From positions 256,001 through 320,000 of the forward strand of contig CAWFCQ010000008.1 in assembly GCA_963814375.1 (NCBI GenBank): a stretch of 64,000 nt of DNA, written 5' to 3'. The DNA comes from an uncultured Chloroflexia bacterium. GTDB taxonomy: Bacteria > Chloroflexota > Limnocylindria > QHBO01. Positions 50,119 to 60,980 of the stretch are shown here, piece after piece. Positions within the stretch are counted from its first letter, which is position 1. Each line of letters opens with the position of its first letter. The notes below the pieces were generated by a model, which ran no database searches, had not been told where the DNA came from, and saw only the letters and a program-made list of their open reading frames with translations. A program made the translations under genes and the position numbers.

Positions 50119-50621
50119 CCGCCCCGGTGATCGTCGAGGAGATGCGGCTCGACGACGTTGCCGCCGTGCATGAGATCGAGCGGCTGAGCTTCGCGACGCC
50201 GTGGCCGGCCCACGCATTCGAGCAGGAGCTGCGCGGCAACCGCCTGGCCCGCTACGTGGTGGCCCGCGCGGGCGAGACGGTGGTGGGGTTCGCGGGCGTG
50301 TGGCTCATGGTCGACGAGGCGCACATCACCACGTTCGGCGTTCACCCCGACTGGAGGCGTCAGGGAGTTGGACGTCAGCTCCTCCTCAACGTGGCAGAGC
50401 TGTCGGTCACGCTCGGAGCGCGACGCATGACGCTCGAGGTTCGCGTCTCGAACGAGGCTGCCCAGGCGCTGTATCGGTCGCTGGGCTTCGAGGAAGCCGG
50501 CCGCCGCACGCGGTACTACACCGACGATGGGGAGGATGCCCTGGTCATGACCACGCCGGAGCTGTCCGACCCGGCGATGCGCGCACGGATCGAGGCGGAG
50601 CGGGACCGGCTCGAGCGATGA
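50109..50621 (+). CDS. rimI: Ribosomal protein alanine N-acetyltransferase RimI
   Basis: IERLSFATPW; RRQGVG; TLEVRVSN; YYTDDGEDALVM. Confidence 0.93.
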   Translation: MALTAPVIVEEMRLDDVAAVHEIERLSFATPWPAHAFEQELRGNRLARYVVARAGETVVGFAGVWLMVDEAHITTFGVHPDWRRQGVGRQLLLNVAELSVTLGARRMTLEVRVSNEAAQALYRSLGFEEAGRRTRYYTDDGEDALVMTTPELSDPAMRARIEAERDRLER

Positions 50622-51661
50622 GCGGCCCGCGGATCCTGGCCATCGAGTCGTCGTGCGATGAGACGGGCGTCGCGGTCGTCGTCGGCGGACGTCGGATCGA
50701 GGCGAACCAGGTTGCGTCGCAGGTCGCGCTGCACGCCGCGACGGGCGGGATCGTGCCCGAGGTGGCCGCCCGGCAGCAGCTCCGCTGGATCGTGCCGACG
50801 ATCGAGGCCGCGATCGACCAGGCCGGAGCCGATTGGAGCGACATCGACGCGGTGGCGGTGACGTACGGTCCGGGCCTCATCGGCTCGCTGCTGGTCGGCG
50901 TAAACGTCGCGAAGGCACTCGCGCTTGCCCACGAGCTGCCACTGGTGGCGGTCAACCACATCGAGGGGCACATCTACGCCAACTGGCTCACCGACGTCGC
51001 GGCCGATGACCCGCTTCCCGCCGAGCCCGACTTCCCGCTCCTGTGCCTGGTGGTGAGCGGCGGGCACACGCAGCTCGTCCTCATGCACGACCACGGTCGC
51101 TACACCCTCCTCGGCCAGACCGTCGACGACGCGGCCGGCGAGGCCTTCGACAAGGTCGGCCGCCTGCTCGAGCTCCCGTATCCGGGGGGCCCGGCGATCT
51201 CGGCCGCGGCGGTCGGCGCCAGCCCCTCGACGCGCTTTCCACGGGCACGAACCGACGGCGCCTACGACTTCAGCTTCTCGGGCCTCAAGACGGCCGTGCT
51301 GCGGGAGGTCACCGGCTACCGCGAGCGGGGGGAGCCGATCCCGGTCGATGGCATCGCCGCGGCGTTCGAGGAGGCGGTCGTCGATGCGCTGGCGACGAAG
51401 ACGGTGGCGGCGGCCGTCGATCACGACGTGGCCGCCGTCGCGCTCGGCGGCGGCGTGGCCGCCAACCACTCCCTCCGCGCCGTCCTGGCCGAGCGACTCG
51501 GGGCCCAGGGGCTGCACCTGATGGTGCCGCCACCGGCGTGGTGCACCGACAACGGCGCGATGATCGGCGCCGCGGCCGGCTTCCGGCTTGGGGCGGGCGA
51601 GCGGGCCGACGCGGCCCTGGAGGCGGTCCCGAACCTCTCGCTGCCCGTGGCTCGAGAGCGC
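50618..51661 (+). CDS. tsaD: t6A threonylcarbamoyltransferase TsaD; no stop, reads in frame into rsmA
   Basis: LAIESSCDET; NHIEGH; VSGGHT; GEAFDKV; CTDNGAMI. Confidence 0.93.
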
Positions 51662-52531
51662 ATGACCGATCCGCTGAGGCCCGAACGCCTGGTGCCGCCC
51701 ACGCCCGGCCAGCTGAAGCGGATCATGGGCCTGGAGCGCCTCCGGCCGCGCAAGAGCCTGTCCCAGAACTTCCTGACCGATCCGGAAGCGCTCGACGCGA
51801 TCGTCGCGGCGGCGGAGCTCGTCCCCGGTGACCGCGTCGTCGAGGTCGGTCCAGGGCTCGGCGTCCTGACCCGGCGTCTCCTGGCGGCGGGAGCCACGGT
51901 GCTGGCTGTCGAGCTCGACCCGAACCTCGCCGCCTACCTGCGCCGCGAGCTCGGCGGCATCGACCGCTTCGAGCTGATCGAGGCGGATGCGCTGGCGCTC
52001 CACCCACGCGAGTTTTTCCCCGGCGAGGCGATCAAGGTCGTCGCCAACATCCCGTACCACATCACCAGCCCGCTGCTCCACGCGTTCCTCGAGGGTGACC
52101 GCCCGCCCGAGCTGACCGTCCTCCTCGTCCAGCTCGAGGTCGCCGAGCGAGTCGCCGCACCACCGGGACGGATGAGCTACCTCTCGGTCTTCGTGCAGAA
52201 CGTCACGAGCGCCGAGGTCGTGGCGCGGGTCTCTGCCGCCGCCTTCGAGCCCTCGCCATCGGTCGACTCGGCCATCCTTCGCCTGCGGCGGCGCGACGCT
52301 CCGACGGTCGCGCTCGGACCGCGACGCGACCCGTTCTACCGCACCGTCCAGGCGGGGTTCCGGCAGCGCCGCAAGCAGGTCCACAACGGGCTCGCCCGCG
52401 AGCTCCCGGTCTCCCGCGAGGCCGTTGCGGCCGCCCTCGAGCAGTGTGCCGTCGACCCCGAGCGGCGGCCCCAGACCCTGACGGTCGACGAGTGGGCCTG
52501 CCTGGCAGAAGCACTCGGAGTCGAGCCGTGA
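51662..52531 (+). CDS. rsmA: 16S rRNA dimethyltransferase RsmA/KsgA, in frame with tsaD
   Basis: KSLSQNFL; EVGPGLG; ANIPYHITSP; F.QRRKQ. Confidence 0.93.
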   Translation: MTDPLRPERLVPPTPGQLKRIMGLERLRPRKSLSQNFLTDPEALDAIVAAAELVPGDRVVEVGPGLGVLTRRLLAAGATVLAVELDPNLAAYLRRELGGIDRFELIEADALALHPREFFPGEAIKVVANIPYHITSPLLHAFLEGDRPPELTVLLVQLEVAERVAAPPGRMSYLSVFVQNVTSAEVVARVSAAAFEPSPSVDSAILRLRRRDAPTVALGPRRDPFYRTVQAGFRQRRKQVHNGLARELPVSREAVAAALEQCAVDPERRPQTLTVDEWACLAEALGVEP

Positions 52532-53364
52532 GCGCCCTCAGACTCGAGGCGCCGGCCAAGATCAATCTCTCCCTGCGCATCGTCGGACGGCGGCAGGACG
52601 GCCATCACCTCCTCGATAGCGAGGTCGTTCTCCTCGAACTCGCCGATCAGTTGACCCTCGAGCCGGAAGGATCCGTCCTGCGGGTCACCGGCGACGGCCA
52701 CGACGCCCTGCCTGAGGGAAAAGCCAACCTCGCCTGGCGTGGCCTCCTCGCGGGCAGCGCGGGCCGCACCCCGACGGGATCGCTTCACCTCGAGAAGCGG
52801 ATCCCCGCCGCGGCCGGGCTCGGCGGGGGCTCATCCGATGCGGCTGCCGCCTGGCGGCTCGCGCGCGTCCGGCACGGCTCGGGCGAGGTTCCAGCACCAG
52901 ACGATGTCGAGGAGCTGGCGCGGATCGGCGCCGACGTCCCCTTCTTCGCGGCCCTCGTCGCGGCGGCGCGGGTGACCGGCGTCGGCGAGGGGGTCGAGGC
53001 GACGCCAGCGGATCGGCGGACGGTGGTGCTGATCCACCCACCCTTCGGGCTCTCCACCGCCGCCGTCTTCGCCGAGCTGGTGCCTGCCGACTGGGGTCGC
53101 TCGGAGAATGACCTGCTCGCGCCAGCGCGCCGGCTCCGTCCCGAGCTCGACGATCTCTTCGCTCTCGTCGAGCGCGCCGGGGGCGAGCCGCGTCTCACCG
53201 GCTCTGGGCCGACGATCTTCTGCATCGTCGAGGGTCCGCCGCAGGCTGCCGCGCTCGCCGCCCGACTCGCCGATGCGGGTGCGCGTGCGACCATCACCCA
53301 CACACGAACCGGCCCGACTGCCATACAGACGCTCGACATGACCGACGAGGAGGATGTGCCGTGA
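52528..53364 (+). CDS. ispE: 4-diphosphocytidyl-2C-methyl-D-erythritol kinase
   Basis: APAKINLSL; KRIPAAAGLGGGSSDAAA; GADVPFF; LTGSGPT. Confidence 0.92.
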   Translation: MSALRLEAPAKINLSLRIVGRRQDGHHLLDSEVVLLELADQLTLEPEGSVLRVTGDGHDALPEGKANLAWRGLLAGSAGRTPTGSLHLEKRIPAAAGLGGGSSDAAAAWRLARVRHGSGEVPAPDDVEELARIGADVPFFAALVAAARVTGVGEGVEATPADRRTVVLIHPPFGLSTAAVFAELVPADWGRSENDLLAPARRLRPELDDLFALVERAGGEPRLTGSGPTIFCIVEGPPQAAALAARLADAGARATITHTRTGPTAIQTLDMTDEEDVP

Positions 53365-53753
53365 CCCAGCGTGAAGCGATCAGTACCGACGGCGCGCCCG
53401 CGGCGGCCGGCCCGTACAGCCAGGCCATCCGCTCCGGCGAGCTGGTTTTCACCGCCGGGCAGCTCGGCATCGACCCCGCCACCGGCGAGCTCGTCGGCGA
53501 CGACGTCGGCCGCCAGGCCGAGCAGGCGCTGGCCAACCTGCGCGCAATCCTGGACGCGGCCGGCAGCGGCCTCGATCGGCTCCTCAAGGTCACCGTCTAC
53601 CTGGCGGACATCGGAGACTGGCCCGCGGTCAACGAGGTCTACGCCCGCGCCGTCCCGGAGCCGTTCCCGGCACGCAGTGCCTTCGCGGTGAAGGACCTGC
53701 CTAAGGGGGCGCTGGTCGAGATCGAGGGCGTCGCCGCGGTCGATGTCGGTTGA
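53361..53753 (+). CDS. ridA: RidA family reactive-imine deaminase
   Basis: APAAAGPYSQA; NEVY; PARS; LPKGALVEIE. Confidence 0.9.
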   Translation: MTQREAISTDGAPAAAGPYSQAIRSGELVFTAGQLGIDPATGELVGDDVGRQAEQALANLRAILDAAGSGLDRLLKVTVYLADIGDWPAVNEVYARAVPEPFPARSAFAVKDLPKGALVEIEGVAAVDVG

Positions 53754-55242
53754 CGCTGCGAATCGGGCGCCTCTACCATCGCGCAACGTGTCTGCACAGC
53801 TGACCGCCCCAGCGGCCATCGTCCTGGCCGCCGGCCAGGGCACCCGCATGCGCTCCCGCGTGCCGAAGGTGCTCCATCTCCTCGCCGGGCGGCCTCTCAT
53901 CGTCCACGTCCTCGACGCCCTCGCCGAGGCCGGCGTCCCGCGCCCGGTGGTCGTCACCGGCCACGGCGGCGAACAGGTCGAGAGTGCCATCGCGGACCGT
54001 GCGACGACGGCGCGGCAGGAGCCCCAGCGCGGGACGGCGGATGCCGTCCGGATCGGCCTCGCTGCGGTCGGAAGCGGCGCCTCGTCCGTGCTCGTCACCA
54101 TGGGTGACGCGCCGATGCAGCCCGCTGCGCTCTACCGACGCCTCATCGACACGCACACCGCCAGCGGAGCCCCGATCGTGCTCGTCACGGCGCGGCTGGC
54201 CGATCCGGCCGGGTACGGGCGCATCCTTCGTGGCGACGGCGACGCCGTGTCCGCGATCGTCGAAGAGGCCGACCTTGCCGACGACGCGGCCCGGGCGAAC
54301 GACGAGGTCAACGTCGGCACGTACCTGTTCGACCTTGCCTGGCTGCGCGAGGCTATTCAACGCGTCGAGCCGTCGGCGTCCGGCGAGCTGTATCTCACCG
54401 ACCTGGTCGCCATTGCCGCGGGCGATGGCCGGCCCGCTGCGATCGTCGTCGCCGACGACGCGGCCGAGGCGATCGGCATCAACGACCGCGTCGCGCTCGC
54501 GGCGGCCGAGGAGCGGATGCGACGGCGTATCGCCGAGATGCACATGCGCAACGGGGTGACGATCGTCGACCCGGCGACGACGCGGATCGACGCCGGCGTC
54601 GAGATCGGCCAGGACGCCCGCATCGAGCCGTGGACGATCCTCGAGGGCGCGACCGTCATCGCGCAGGACGCGGTGATCGGCCCGCATGCGCACGTCCGCG
54701 ACAGCCGCATCGGCCCGCGCACGCGCGTCTGGTCCAGCGTGGTCGAGGCGTCGAGCGTGGCCGAGGACGTCGAGATCGGGCCGTTCGCCCACCTTCGGCC
54801 GGGAGCCGACGTCGGCGCCCGCTGCCGCATCGGCAACTTCGCGGAGATCAAGAAGAGCCGCATCGGCGCCGGCACGCAGCAGCACCATTTCAGCTACCTC
54901 GGTGATGCCGAGGTGGGGGAGAACGTGAACATCGGCGCCGGATCGATCACCGCCAACTTCGATGGAAGTGCCAAGCATGTGACCGTGATCCACGATCGCG
55001 CCAGCATCGGCGTCGATACCCTCATGGTGGCGCCGGTCACGATCGGCGAGGGGGCCATCACCGGCGCGGGGTCTGTGGTGAACCGCGACGTGGCCGCTGG
55101 CAAGAAGGTCGTCGGCGTGCCGGCCCGCCCGATTGAGCTCAAGCGTGGCGGCGCCTCCCGCCCGTCCGAGGTCGCCAGCGAGGGCTCCGGCGACGCCCCC
55201 GGAACGGCTCCCGTCCCGTCCGGGGCGGAGCGGAACCCGTAG
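53743..55242 (+). CDS. glmU: Bifunctional GlmU (start may be GTG 53788)
   Basis: LAAGQGTRMRS; GYGRI; ELYLTD; hexapeptide repeats; HFSYLGDA. Confidence 0.95.
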   Translation: MSVDAANRAPLPSRNVSAQLTAPAAIVLAAGQGTRMRSRVPKVLHLLAGRPLIVHVLDALAEAGVPRPVVVTGHGGEQVESAIADRATTARQEPQRGTADAVRIGLAAVGSGASSVLVTMGDAPMQPAALYRRLIDTHTASGAPIVLVTARLADPAGYGRILRGDGDAVSAIVEEADLADDAARANDEVNVGTYLFDLAWLREAIQRVEPSASGELYLTDLVAIAAGDGRPAAIVVADDAAEAIGINDRVALAAAEERMRRRIAEMHMRNGVTIVDPATTRIDAGVEIGQDARIEPWTILEGATVIAQDAVIGPHAHVRDSRIGPRTRVWSSVVEASSVAEDVEIGPFAHLRPGADVGARCRIGNFAEIKKSRIGAGTQQHHFSYLGDAEVGENVNIGAGSITANFDGSAKHVTVIHDRASIGVDTLMVAPVTIGEGAITGAGSVVNRDVAAGKKVVGVPARPIELKRGGASRPSEVASEGSGDAPGTAPVPSGAERNP

Positions 55243-55301
55243 GGAGGCATCAGCAGCTCGCCCATGCCTGACGGCTCCAGTACCACCGGCAACCCGGTCC
55301 C

Positions 55302-56666
55302 ATGAGCGACCTGTTGGTTGTCATCATCCTCATCCTGGTCGGCGGCTTCTTCGCCGCGAGCGAAATCGCGCTCATCACGGTCAAACGGCATCGCCTCTCG
55401 CAGCTTGCGGACGAGGGAAACGGGCCCGCGCGCACCGCGCAGCGCCTGGTCGAGGATCCCGGCAGGTTCCTCGCCACGATCCAGATCGCGATCACCTTCC
55501 TCGGCTTCCTCGCCGGCGCAACCGGGGCGGCGGCATTCTCCGACCCGTTCGGCGACTTCCTTGCCGATCTCCCGCTCCTGGGGCTCTCCGCAACGACCGC
55601 CGACACCATCGCCTTCGTGATCGTGACCCTCGTCATCGCGCTCGCCTCCATCGTCATCGGCGAGCTGGTGCCGAAGACGCTCGCGCTGAACTTCCCCGAG
55701 CGCTTTGCCCTGCTCGTGGCGCGTCCGATCGGGTTCCTCCAGACGCTCCTCTCGCCGATCGTCTGGCTCGTCTCCCGCATCAGCGCCGTCCTCGTACGAC
55801 TGCTCGGCGGGACGGAGCGGCCGCAGGGCGGCTATCTCTCGACCGAGGAGCTCAAGATCCTGGTCGAGACCGGATCGGAGCAGGGCCAGATCGAGGAGGA
55901 GGAGAAGGAGATGATCCACGGGGTCATCGAGCTCGGGGAAAAGCAGGTCCACGAGGTGATGGTCCCGCGCATCGGCATTCGCGCCATCAACGTCGACGAC
56001 TCGATCGACGCCGTGCTCGAGATGATCGTGGCGGCCGGCCACTCGCGGCTGCCGGTCTTCGAGGAGAGCCTCGACAACATCGTCGGCATCCTCTACGCCA
56101 AGGACCTCCTCCCGTATCTCAAGGGCAACGGCCGCGGGAACGGGCAGATCAATATCCGCCAGATCGTTCGGTCCCCCGTCTACGTCCCGGAGTCGAAGCC
56201 GGTGGACGATCTGCTCCACGAGATGCAGGTCGCCAAGCGCCACATCGCCATCGTGGTGGACGAGTACGGCGGCACAGCCGGCCTCGTGACGATGGAGGAC
56301 GTGGTGGAGGAGATCGTCGGGGAGATCCAGGACGAGTACGACACCGAGGAGTCCGCGGTGGAAGAGATCTCGACCGATGACGAGCTCGCCTTCCGCCTCG
56401 ATGGGCGCGTCAGCATGGACGATCTGCGCGACCTGTTCGACCTCTCGGACGAGGACGAGGACGACGAGGAGGCGTATGACACGGTCGGTGGTTTCGTCGT
56501 GCACCGCGTTGGCCGCATCCCGTTGCCGGGGGCCGAGCTTCCCTTCCGTGACGACGTGACGCTGAGGGTCGAGTCCGCCGAGCCGCGTCGCGTGGCCAAG
56601 GTGGTGGCCTGGCGCACGCGTCGGACCGAGGAGCGCGACGAGGGCGAGCAGTACGAAGCGGGCTGA
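55302..56666 (+). CDS. CNNM/HlyC-CorC family membrane protein (DUF21, CBS pair, CorC)
   Basis: FFAASEIAL; GELVPK; EVMVPR; [16 protein letters not shown]; TVGGFV. Confidence 0.92.
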   Translation: MSDLLVVIILILVGGFFAASEIALITVKRHRLSQLADEGNGPARTAQRLVEDPGRFLATIQIAITFLGFLAGATGAAAFSDPFGDFLADLPLLGLSATTADTIAFVIVTLVIALASIVIGELVPKTLALNFPERFALLVARPIGFLQTLLSPIVWLVSRISAVLVRLLGGTERPQGGYLSTEELKILVETGSEQGQIEEEEKEMIHGVIELGEKQVHEVMVPRIGIRAINVDDSIDAVLEMIVAAGHSRLPVFEESLDNIVGILYAKDLLPYLKGNGRGNGQINIRQIVRSPVYVPESKPVDDLLHEMQVAKRHIAIVVDEYGGTAGLVTMEDVVEEIVGEIQDEYDTEESAVEEISTDDELAFRLDGRVSMDDLRDLFDLSDEDEDDEEAYDTVGGFVVHRVGRIPLPGAELPFRDDVTLRVESAEPRRVAKVVAWRTRRTEERDEGEQYEAG

Positions 56667-56696
56667 CCGCCGCGCCTCACACGGCGACCGCTTTAC

Positions 56697-57140
56697 TCAT
56701 CGGTTCCTGCGCCAGATCGCGAAGTTGAGGATCGCCGCGAAGCTCACCCATCCGAGGTAGGGGACCATCAGCGCGCCGGCCGACGTCCTCCGTCGAAAGA
56801 AGGCGAACGTGGTCATCGCTATGGCAGCCCACATCACGATGATCTCGACGAGAGCCGCGCCGGGCCGTCTCAGGCCGAAGAAGATCGGGGTCCATGCAGC
56901 GTTCAGGACCAGCTGGACGCCCCACAGCCGAAGCGCGGTGTCCCCGCCGCCGCGGCGATCCACCAGCCACGCCGCGAAGCCCAGGAGCGCGTAGAGGACG
57001 GTCCAGACAGGACCGAAGAGCCACGGCGGAGGACCCCATGAGGGCGTGCGCAGGCGGCGGTAGTAGTCAGGCCCCGCGAAGGGTGCGCCGATGACGGCGG
57101 GCACGAACGCCGCCCCGAGCCACAGCGCGAGTCGTTTCAT
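56697..57140 (-). CDS. tspO: TspO/MBR tryptophan-rich sensory protein
   Basis: PSWGPPPWLFGPVWTVLY; QLVLNAAWTPIFFG; PYLGWVSFA. Confidence 0.93.
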   Translation of the reverse strand: MKRLALWLGAAFVPAVIGAPFAGPDYYRRLRTPSWGPPPWLFGPVWTVLYALLGFAAWLVDRRGGGDTALRLWGVQLVLNAAWTPIFFGLRRPGAALVEIIVMWAAIAMTTFAFFRRRTSAGALMVPYLGWVSFAAILNFAIWRRNR

Positions 57141-57150
57141 GCCACCCCTC

Positions 57151-58245
57151 TCAGGCAGCGATTGCCGCCTGGACGAGGACGGTCAGGTCGCGCTTGCCCT
57201 CGGGCAGGCACGGGAGCATCTCGATGTGGCGCAGCGCCAGGTCGCGGAATCGGCGCGCCTCGCCGAGGGCATGCTCGTGGGCGCCGCTTCGCTCGAGGAT
57301 GGCGAGGATCTCGGTGACCTCGTCATCGGTCATCGCACGATCGAGCGCCGGACCACGGCCATCGGTGGCGCCGACGCCGTGCGCGTAGATCTCGATGAGC
57401 CGGGCTCGGTCCGCCTCCGAGGCATGCTCGAGGGCCCAGACCACCGGCAACGTCTTCTTGCGCTTGCGGATGTCGCCGGCCTCGGGCTTGCCGGAGTCCT
57501 CAGAGGCCCAGAACGTGCCCTTGACATCATCGGCGACCTGGAAGGCCATGCCGAGGTCGTACCCGAACTGGCGGTATGCCTCGTGCACGGCGGTGTCGTC
57601 GACGGCCAGGATGGCTCCGGCCTGGACCGATGCGCCGAGCAGTGCGGCCGTCTTCTTGCCGATCATCTCGAAGTAGGCCTCGACGGTGACGTCGTCGCGC
57701 CGCTCGAAGCTGATGTCCAGGTACTGCCCCTCGCACAGCGCCAGGCAGGTCTCGTCGTAGATCTTCATCAGCTCCAGGACGCGCCGGTCCTCGTACTCCT
57801 CGCCCTCGAGGAGCCGGTACAGCGCCAGGCGGCTCAGTGCGAAGAGGGCGTCGCCCGCGTTGATGGCGAGCGGCACGCCCCACAGCGCCCACAGTGTCGG
57901 CCGATGGCGGCGCTCGCGGTCGGCGTCCTCGATGTCGTCGTGGACGAGGCTGAAGTTGTGACCAAGCTCGACGGCGGCGGCGCCTGGGAGCGCCTTGCGA
58001 TAGTCGCCCCCGAGCGACTGGTAGGCGAGGACGCCGAGCAGCGGACGCAGCCGCTTGCCGCCCCGTCCGGCCGGGCCATCGAGACCGAGGTGGTAGGCCA
58101 GCATCTCGTACAACGGCCGCGCGTGCCCACCACGCTCGTTCAGGATGTCGGACATCTCGGACTCGATGTCGGTCAGGATCTGCGTAAACTCGGTCCTGAT
58201 GTCCACCGCCGAAGGGTACCCGACCTCATCGACGAGCCGTGTCAT
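57151..58245 (-). CDS. Short-chain polyprenyl (FPP/GGPP) diphosphate synthase; start uncertain
   Basis: GKRLRP; FARM FSLVHDDIED; GQYLD; KTAAL; FQVADD. Confidence 0.9.
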   Translation of the reverse strand: MTRLVDEVGYPSAVDIRTEFTQILTDIESEMSDILNERGGHARPLYEMLAYHLGLDGPAGRGGKRLRPLLGVLAYQSLGGDYRKALPGAAAVELGHNFSLVHDDIEDADRERRHRPTLWALWGVPLAINAGDALFALSRLALYRLLEGEEYEDRRVLELMKIYDETCLALCEGQYLDISFERRDDVTVEAYFEMIGKKTAALLGASVQAGAILAVDDTAVHEAYRQFGYDLGMAFQVADDVKGTFWASEDSGKPEAGDIRKRKKTLPVVWALEHASEADRARLIEIYAHGVGATDGRGPALDRAMTDDEVTEILAILERSGAHEHALGEARRFRDLALRHIEMLPCLPEGKRDLTVLVQAAIAA

Positions 58246-58313
58246 CGCGACGGTCCGGGGGCGTCCATGTCGATCATGATACACGGACGTAGCAGGTTAC
58301 GGGCCGGTCGCCG

Positions 58314-59111
58314 ATGAGCCCTCGGCCGCGCGTCTACAAGACCGAGGCGATCGTCCTCCGCACGATGGACCTCGGCGAGGCGGACCGCGTGCTCAGCGTC
58401 CTCACGCCGCGCCTCGGCAAGCTTCGGGTCATTGCCAAGGGGGTCCGCCGTCCGCGCTCGCGGATCGGGGGTGGGCTCCAGCCGTTCAGCGACGTCCAGC
58501 TCGTGCTCGCGGTGGGCCGGACCTTCGACGTGGTCACCTCCACGTCGCTCGAGGATCCCCATCTCGGCCTGCGCAACGACCTGCACTCCACGGCCGCGGC
58601 CTGGTATGTCATCGAGCTGACCGATCGGTTCTGCGAGGGCGCCGCCGACTCGCACGAGGCGTTCCGCCTGCTGGCCCAGGCCCTCTCGGCCCTCGATGCC
58701 GGCGACGAGGTGTCGCGCGAGGTCGTGGCACGCTGGTTCGAGCTCCACCTGCTCGACGCCATGGGTTTCAGACCCGAGCTATCCCAATGCCTCGAGTGCG
58801 GCGCGCGAGTCGAGCCCGAGGGAAACGCCTACGCCCCGGCAGGTGGCGGGGTGCTCTGCCCGCAGTGCGTCGGCCCGGCGCACTCCGCCCGACCACTTTC
58901 GGCCGATGCGCTCAAGGTCATGCGTCACCTCCAGCGCTCGCCTCTCGTCGGCGTGCTGCGCCTTCGTCTGGCCTCCCCGCTCCAGCGGGAGGTGGAGCGG
59001 CTGCTGCACGCCACCGTCTCGGCCGTGATCGAGCGCGAGCTGCGCACGCGCGACTTCCTCGACGAGGTCGCGGCCCGCGAGGCAGCCGCGGAGACTGCTC
59101 GCACAGCCTGA
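58314..59111 (+). CDS. recO: DNA repair protein RecO
   Basis: EAIVLR...GEADR; AKGVRR; CLECG...CPQC. Confidence 0.94.
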   Translation: MSPRPRVYKTEAIVLRTMDLGEADRVLSVLTPRLGKLRVIAKGVRRPRSRIGGGLQPFSDVQLVLAVGRTFDVVTSTSLEDPHLGLRNDLHSTAAAWYVIELTDRFCEGAADSHEAFRLLAQALSALDAGDEVSREVVARWFELHLLDAMGFRPELSQCLECGARVEPEGNAYAPAGGGVLCPQCVGPAHSARPLSADALKVMRHLQRSPLVGVLRLRLASPLQREVERLLHATVSAVIERELRTRDFLDEVAAREAAAETARTA

Positions 59112-59202
59112 CCCGACGCGGCACCCGGCGGGGCCAGGCCGTCGGCTAGACTCGACCACCCCATCGGTCAACATCCGTCGCACCTGGAGACGCCGACCCG
59201 CC

Positions 59203-60570
59203 GTGCCCGCGCCGAACTTCGACGTCATCGTCAGCCTCGCCAAGCGTCGGGGCTTCGTCTTCCCGTCCAGCGAGATCTACGGCGGCATGGCCGGGTTCTG
59301 GGACTGGGGTCCGCTGGGGGTCGAGCTCAAGAACAACGTGAAGGCCGCCTGGTGGCGCCACATGGTCCAGCTGCGCGACGACGTGGTCGGGATCGAGGCG
59401 TCGATCATCATGAACCCGCGCGTGTGGGAGGCGTCCGGCCACGTGGCGGGGTTCAGCGATCCGATGGTCGACTGCCGCAGCTGCAAGCTGCGCTTCCGCG
59501 AGGACGACCTCAAGGGGCCGCCGTCGGAGATCGCCTGCCCGAACTGCGGCACGAAGGGCTCCCTGACCGATGCGCGCCAGTTCAACCTGATGTTCGCCAC
59601 CCACGTGGGCCCGGTCGCGGACTCGGCGTCGGTCGCCTACCTGCGGCCGGAGACGGCGCAGGCGATGTTCGTGCAGTTCGACAACGTGCTCACCAGCATG
59701 CGGCGCAAGCTGCCGTTCGGAATCGCGCAGATGGGCCGCTCGTTCCGCAACGAGATCACGCCGGGGAACTTCATCTTTCGGCTGCGCGAGTTCGAGCAGA
59801 TGGAGATGGAGTTCTTCGTCCATCCGCGTGAGGAGGATGAGTGGTTCGCCCACTGGGTGGATGCGCGCCACCGGTGGTGGACCGATGTGATCGGGATCGA
59901 TGCCGGCCGGCTTAGACTGCGCCCCCACGACCCCGACGAGCTCAGCCACTACTCGAAGCAGACCACCGACATCGAGTACGAGTTTCCGATCGGCTGGTCG
60001 GAGCTGGAGGGCGTCGCGGACCGCACCGACTACGACCTGCGAGCCCACGCTTCGGCGAGCGGGCGGAAGCTGGAGGTATTCGACGAGCAGAGCGGCGAGC
60101 ACATCGTGCCGTACGTCATCGAGCCGGCGATGGGCGTCGAGCGCGCCGTCCTGACCGCCCTCGTCGACGGCTATACGGAGGAACAGCTCGCAAAGGAGAC
60201 GCGCGTCGTGCTGCGCCTCCGGCCCGAGCTGGCCCCGGTGAAGGCGGCGGTGCTGCCGCTCCTCCGCAACCGGCCCGAGCTCGTCGAGCGCGCGCGCCGC
60301 CTGACTACTGATCTCAAGCAGCACGTCGCCGCGATGTACGACGACACCGCGTCGATCGGGAAGCTCTACCGCCGCCAGGACGAGATCGGCACGCCGTACT
60401 GCATCACCGTCGACGTCGAATCGCTCGATGACGGCGCCGCCACCATCCGCGAGCGTGACTCGATGACCCAGGAGCGTGTCGCGATGGACCTCGTCCCGGC
60501 ACGCGTCGCCGACCTCGTTGCAGGACGGGCAGCGTGGGAGGGCGTGCCGCGCGAGAGGAGCTCACCATGA
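59203..60570 (+). CDS. glyQS: Glycine-tRNA ligase, homodimeric type
   Basis: YLRPETAQ; FRNEITP...REFEQME; IGKLYRRQDEIGTP. Confidence 0.96.
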   Translation: MPAPNFDVIVSLAKRRGFVFPSSEIYGGMAGFWDWGPLGVELKNNVKAAWWRHMVQLRDDVVGIEASIIMNPRVWEASGHVAGFSDPMVDCRSCKLRFREDDLKGPPSEIACPNCGTKGSLTDARQFNLMFATHVGPVADSASVAYLRPETAQAMFVQFDNVLTSMRRKLPFGIAQMGRSFRNEITPGNFIFRLREFEQMEMEFFVHPREEDEWFAHWVDARHRWWTDVIGIDAGRLRLRPHDPDELSHYSKQTTDIEYEFPIGWSELEGVADRTDYDLRAHASASGRKLEVFDEQSGEHIVPYVIEPAMGVERAVLTALVDGYTEEQLAKETRVVLRLRPELAPVKAAVLPLLRNRPELVERARRLTTDLKQHVAAMYDDTASIGKLYRRQDEIGTPYCITVDVESLDDGAATIRERDSMTQERVAMDLVPARVADLVAGRAAWEGVPRERSSP

Positions 60571-60980
60571 CCGACGAGGCAGATGAGGAGGCGATCAGCG
60601 CGGTCCTTCGCGGATTCCATGCGGCTTTCGCGGCCGGTGATGCGGACCGCCTGGCCGATCATTTCACCGACGACGGGCGCATGTACCTGCTCCACAGTGA
60701 GCCGGCGACCAGCCGTGACGCCATCCGCGACCGCTGGCGGGCCGGGTTCGAGCGGGTCGACACCTCGGCCTGGGAGCCCGTTACCGAGCTTACCGAGCTC
60801 CGCGGCGATCGCGCCTTCGCGTTCTCGACCTACACCGAGCGCCTGCTCGATCGGGCAAGCGGCGCGCGCACCCTGGTTCGCGGCCGGCTCGTCCATTGGT
60901 TCGCTCGCGGCGCCGATGGCACGTGGCGCATCGCGCTGCTCATGAACTCGCACTCGCATCCGATGGAGCCGATGGAGTGA
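60567..60980 (+). CDS. NTF2/SnoaL-like (DUF4440/YybH) protein
   Basis: AFAAGDADRLADHFTDD; ADGTWRI; SD GAGGAG. Confidence 0.8.
   Translation: MTDEADEEAISAVLRGFHAAFAAGDADRLADHFTDDGRMYLLHSEPATSRDAIRDRWRAGFERVDTSAWEPVTELTELRGDRAFAFSTYTERLLDRASGARTLVRGRLVHWFARGADGTWRIALLMNSHSHPMEPME

Noticed and set aside
59112-59202. T-box riboswitch before glyQS
   Set aside because: The 91-bp gap is too short and has no AAGGTGGAACC-like T-box sequence or terminator.
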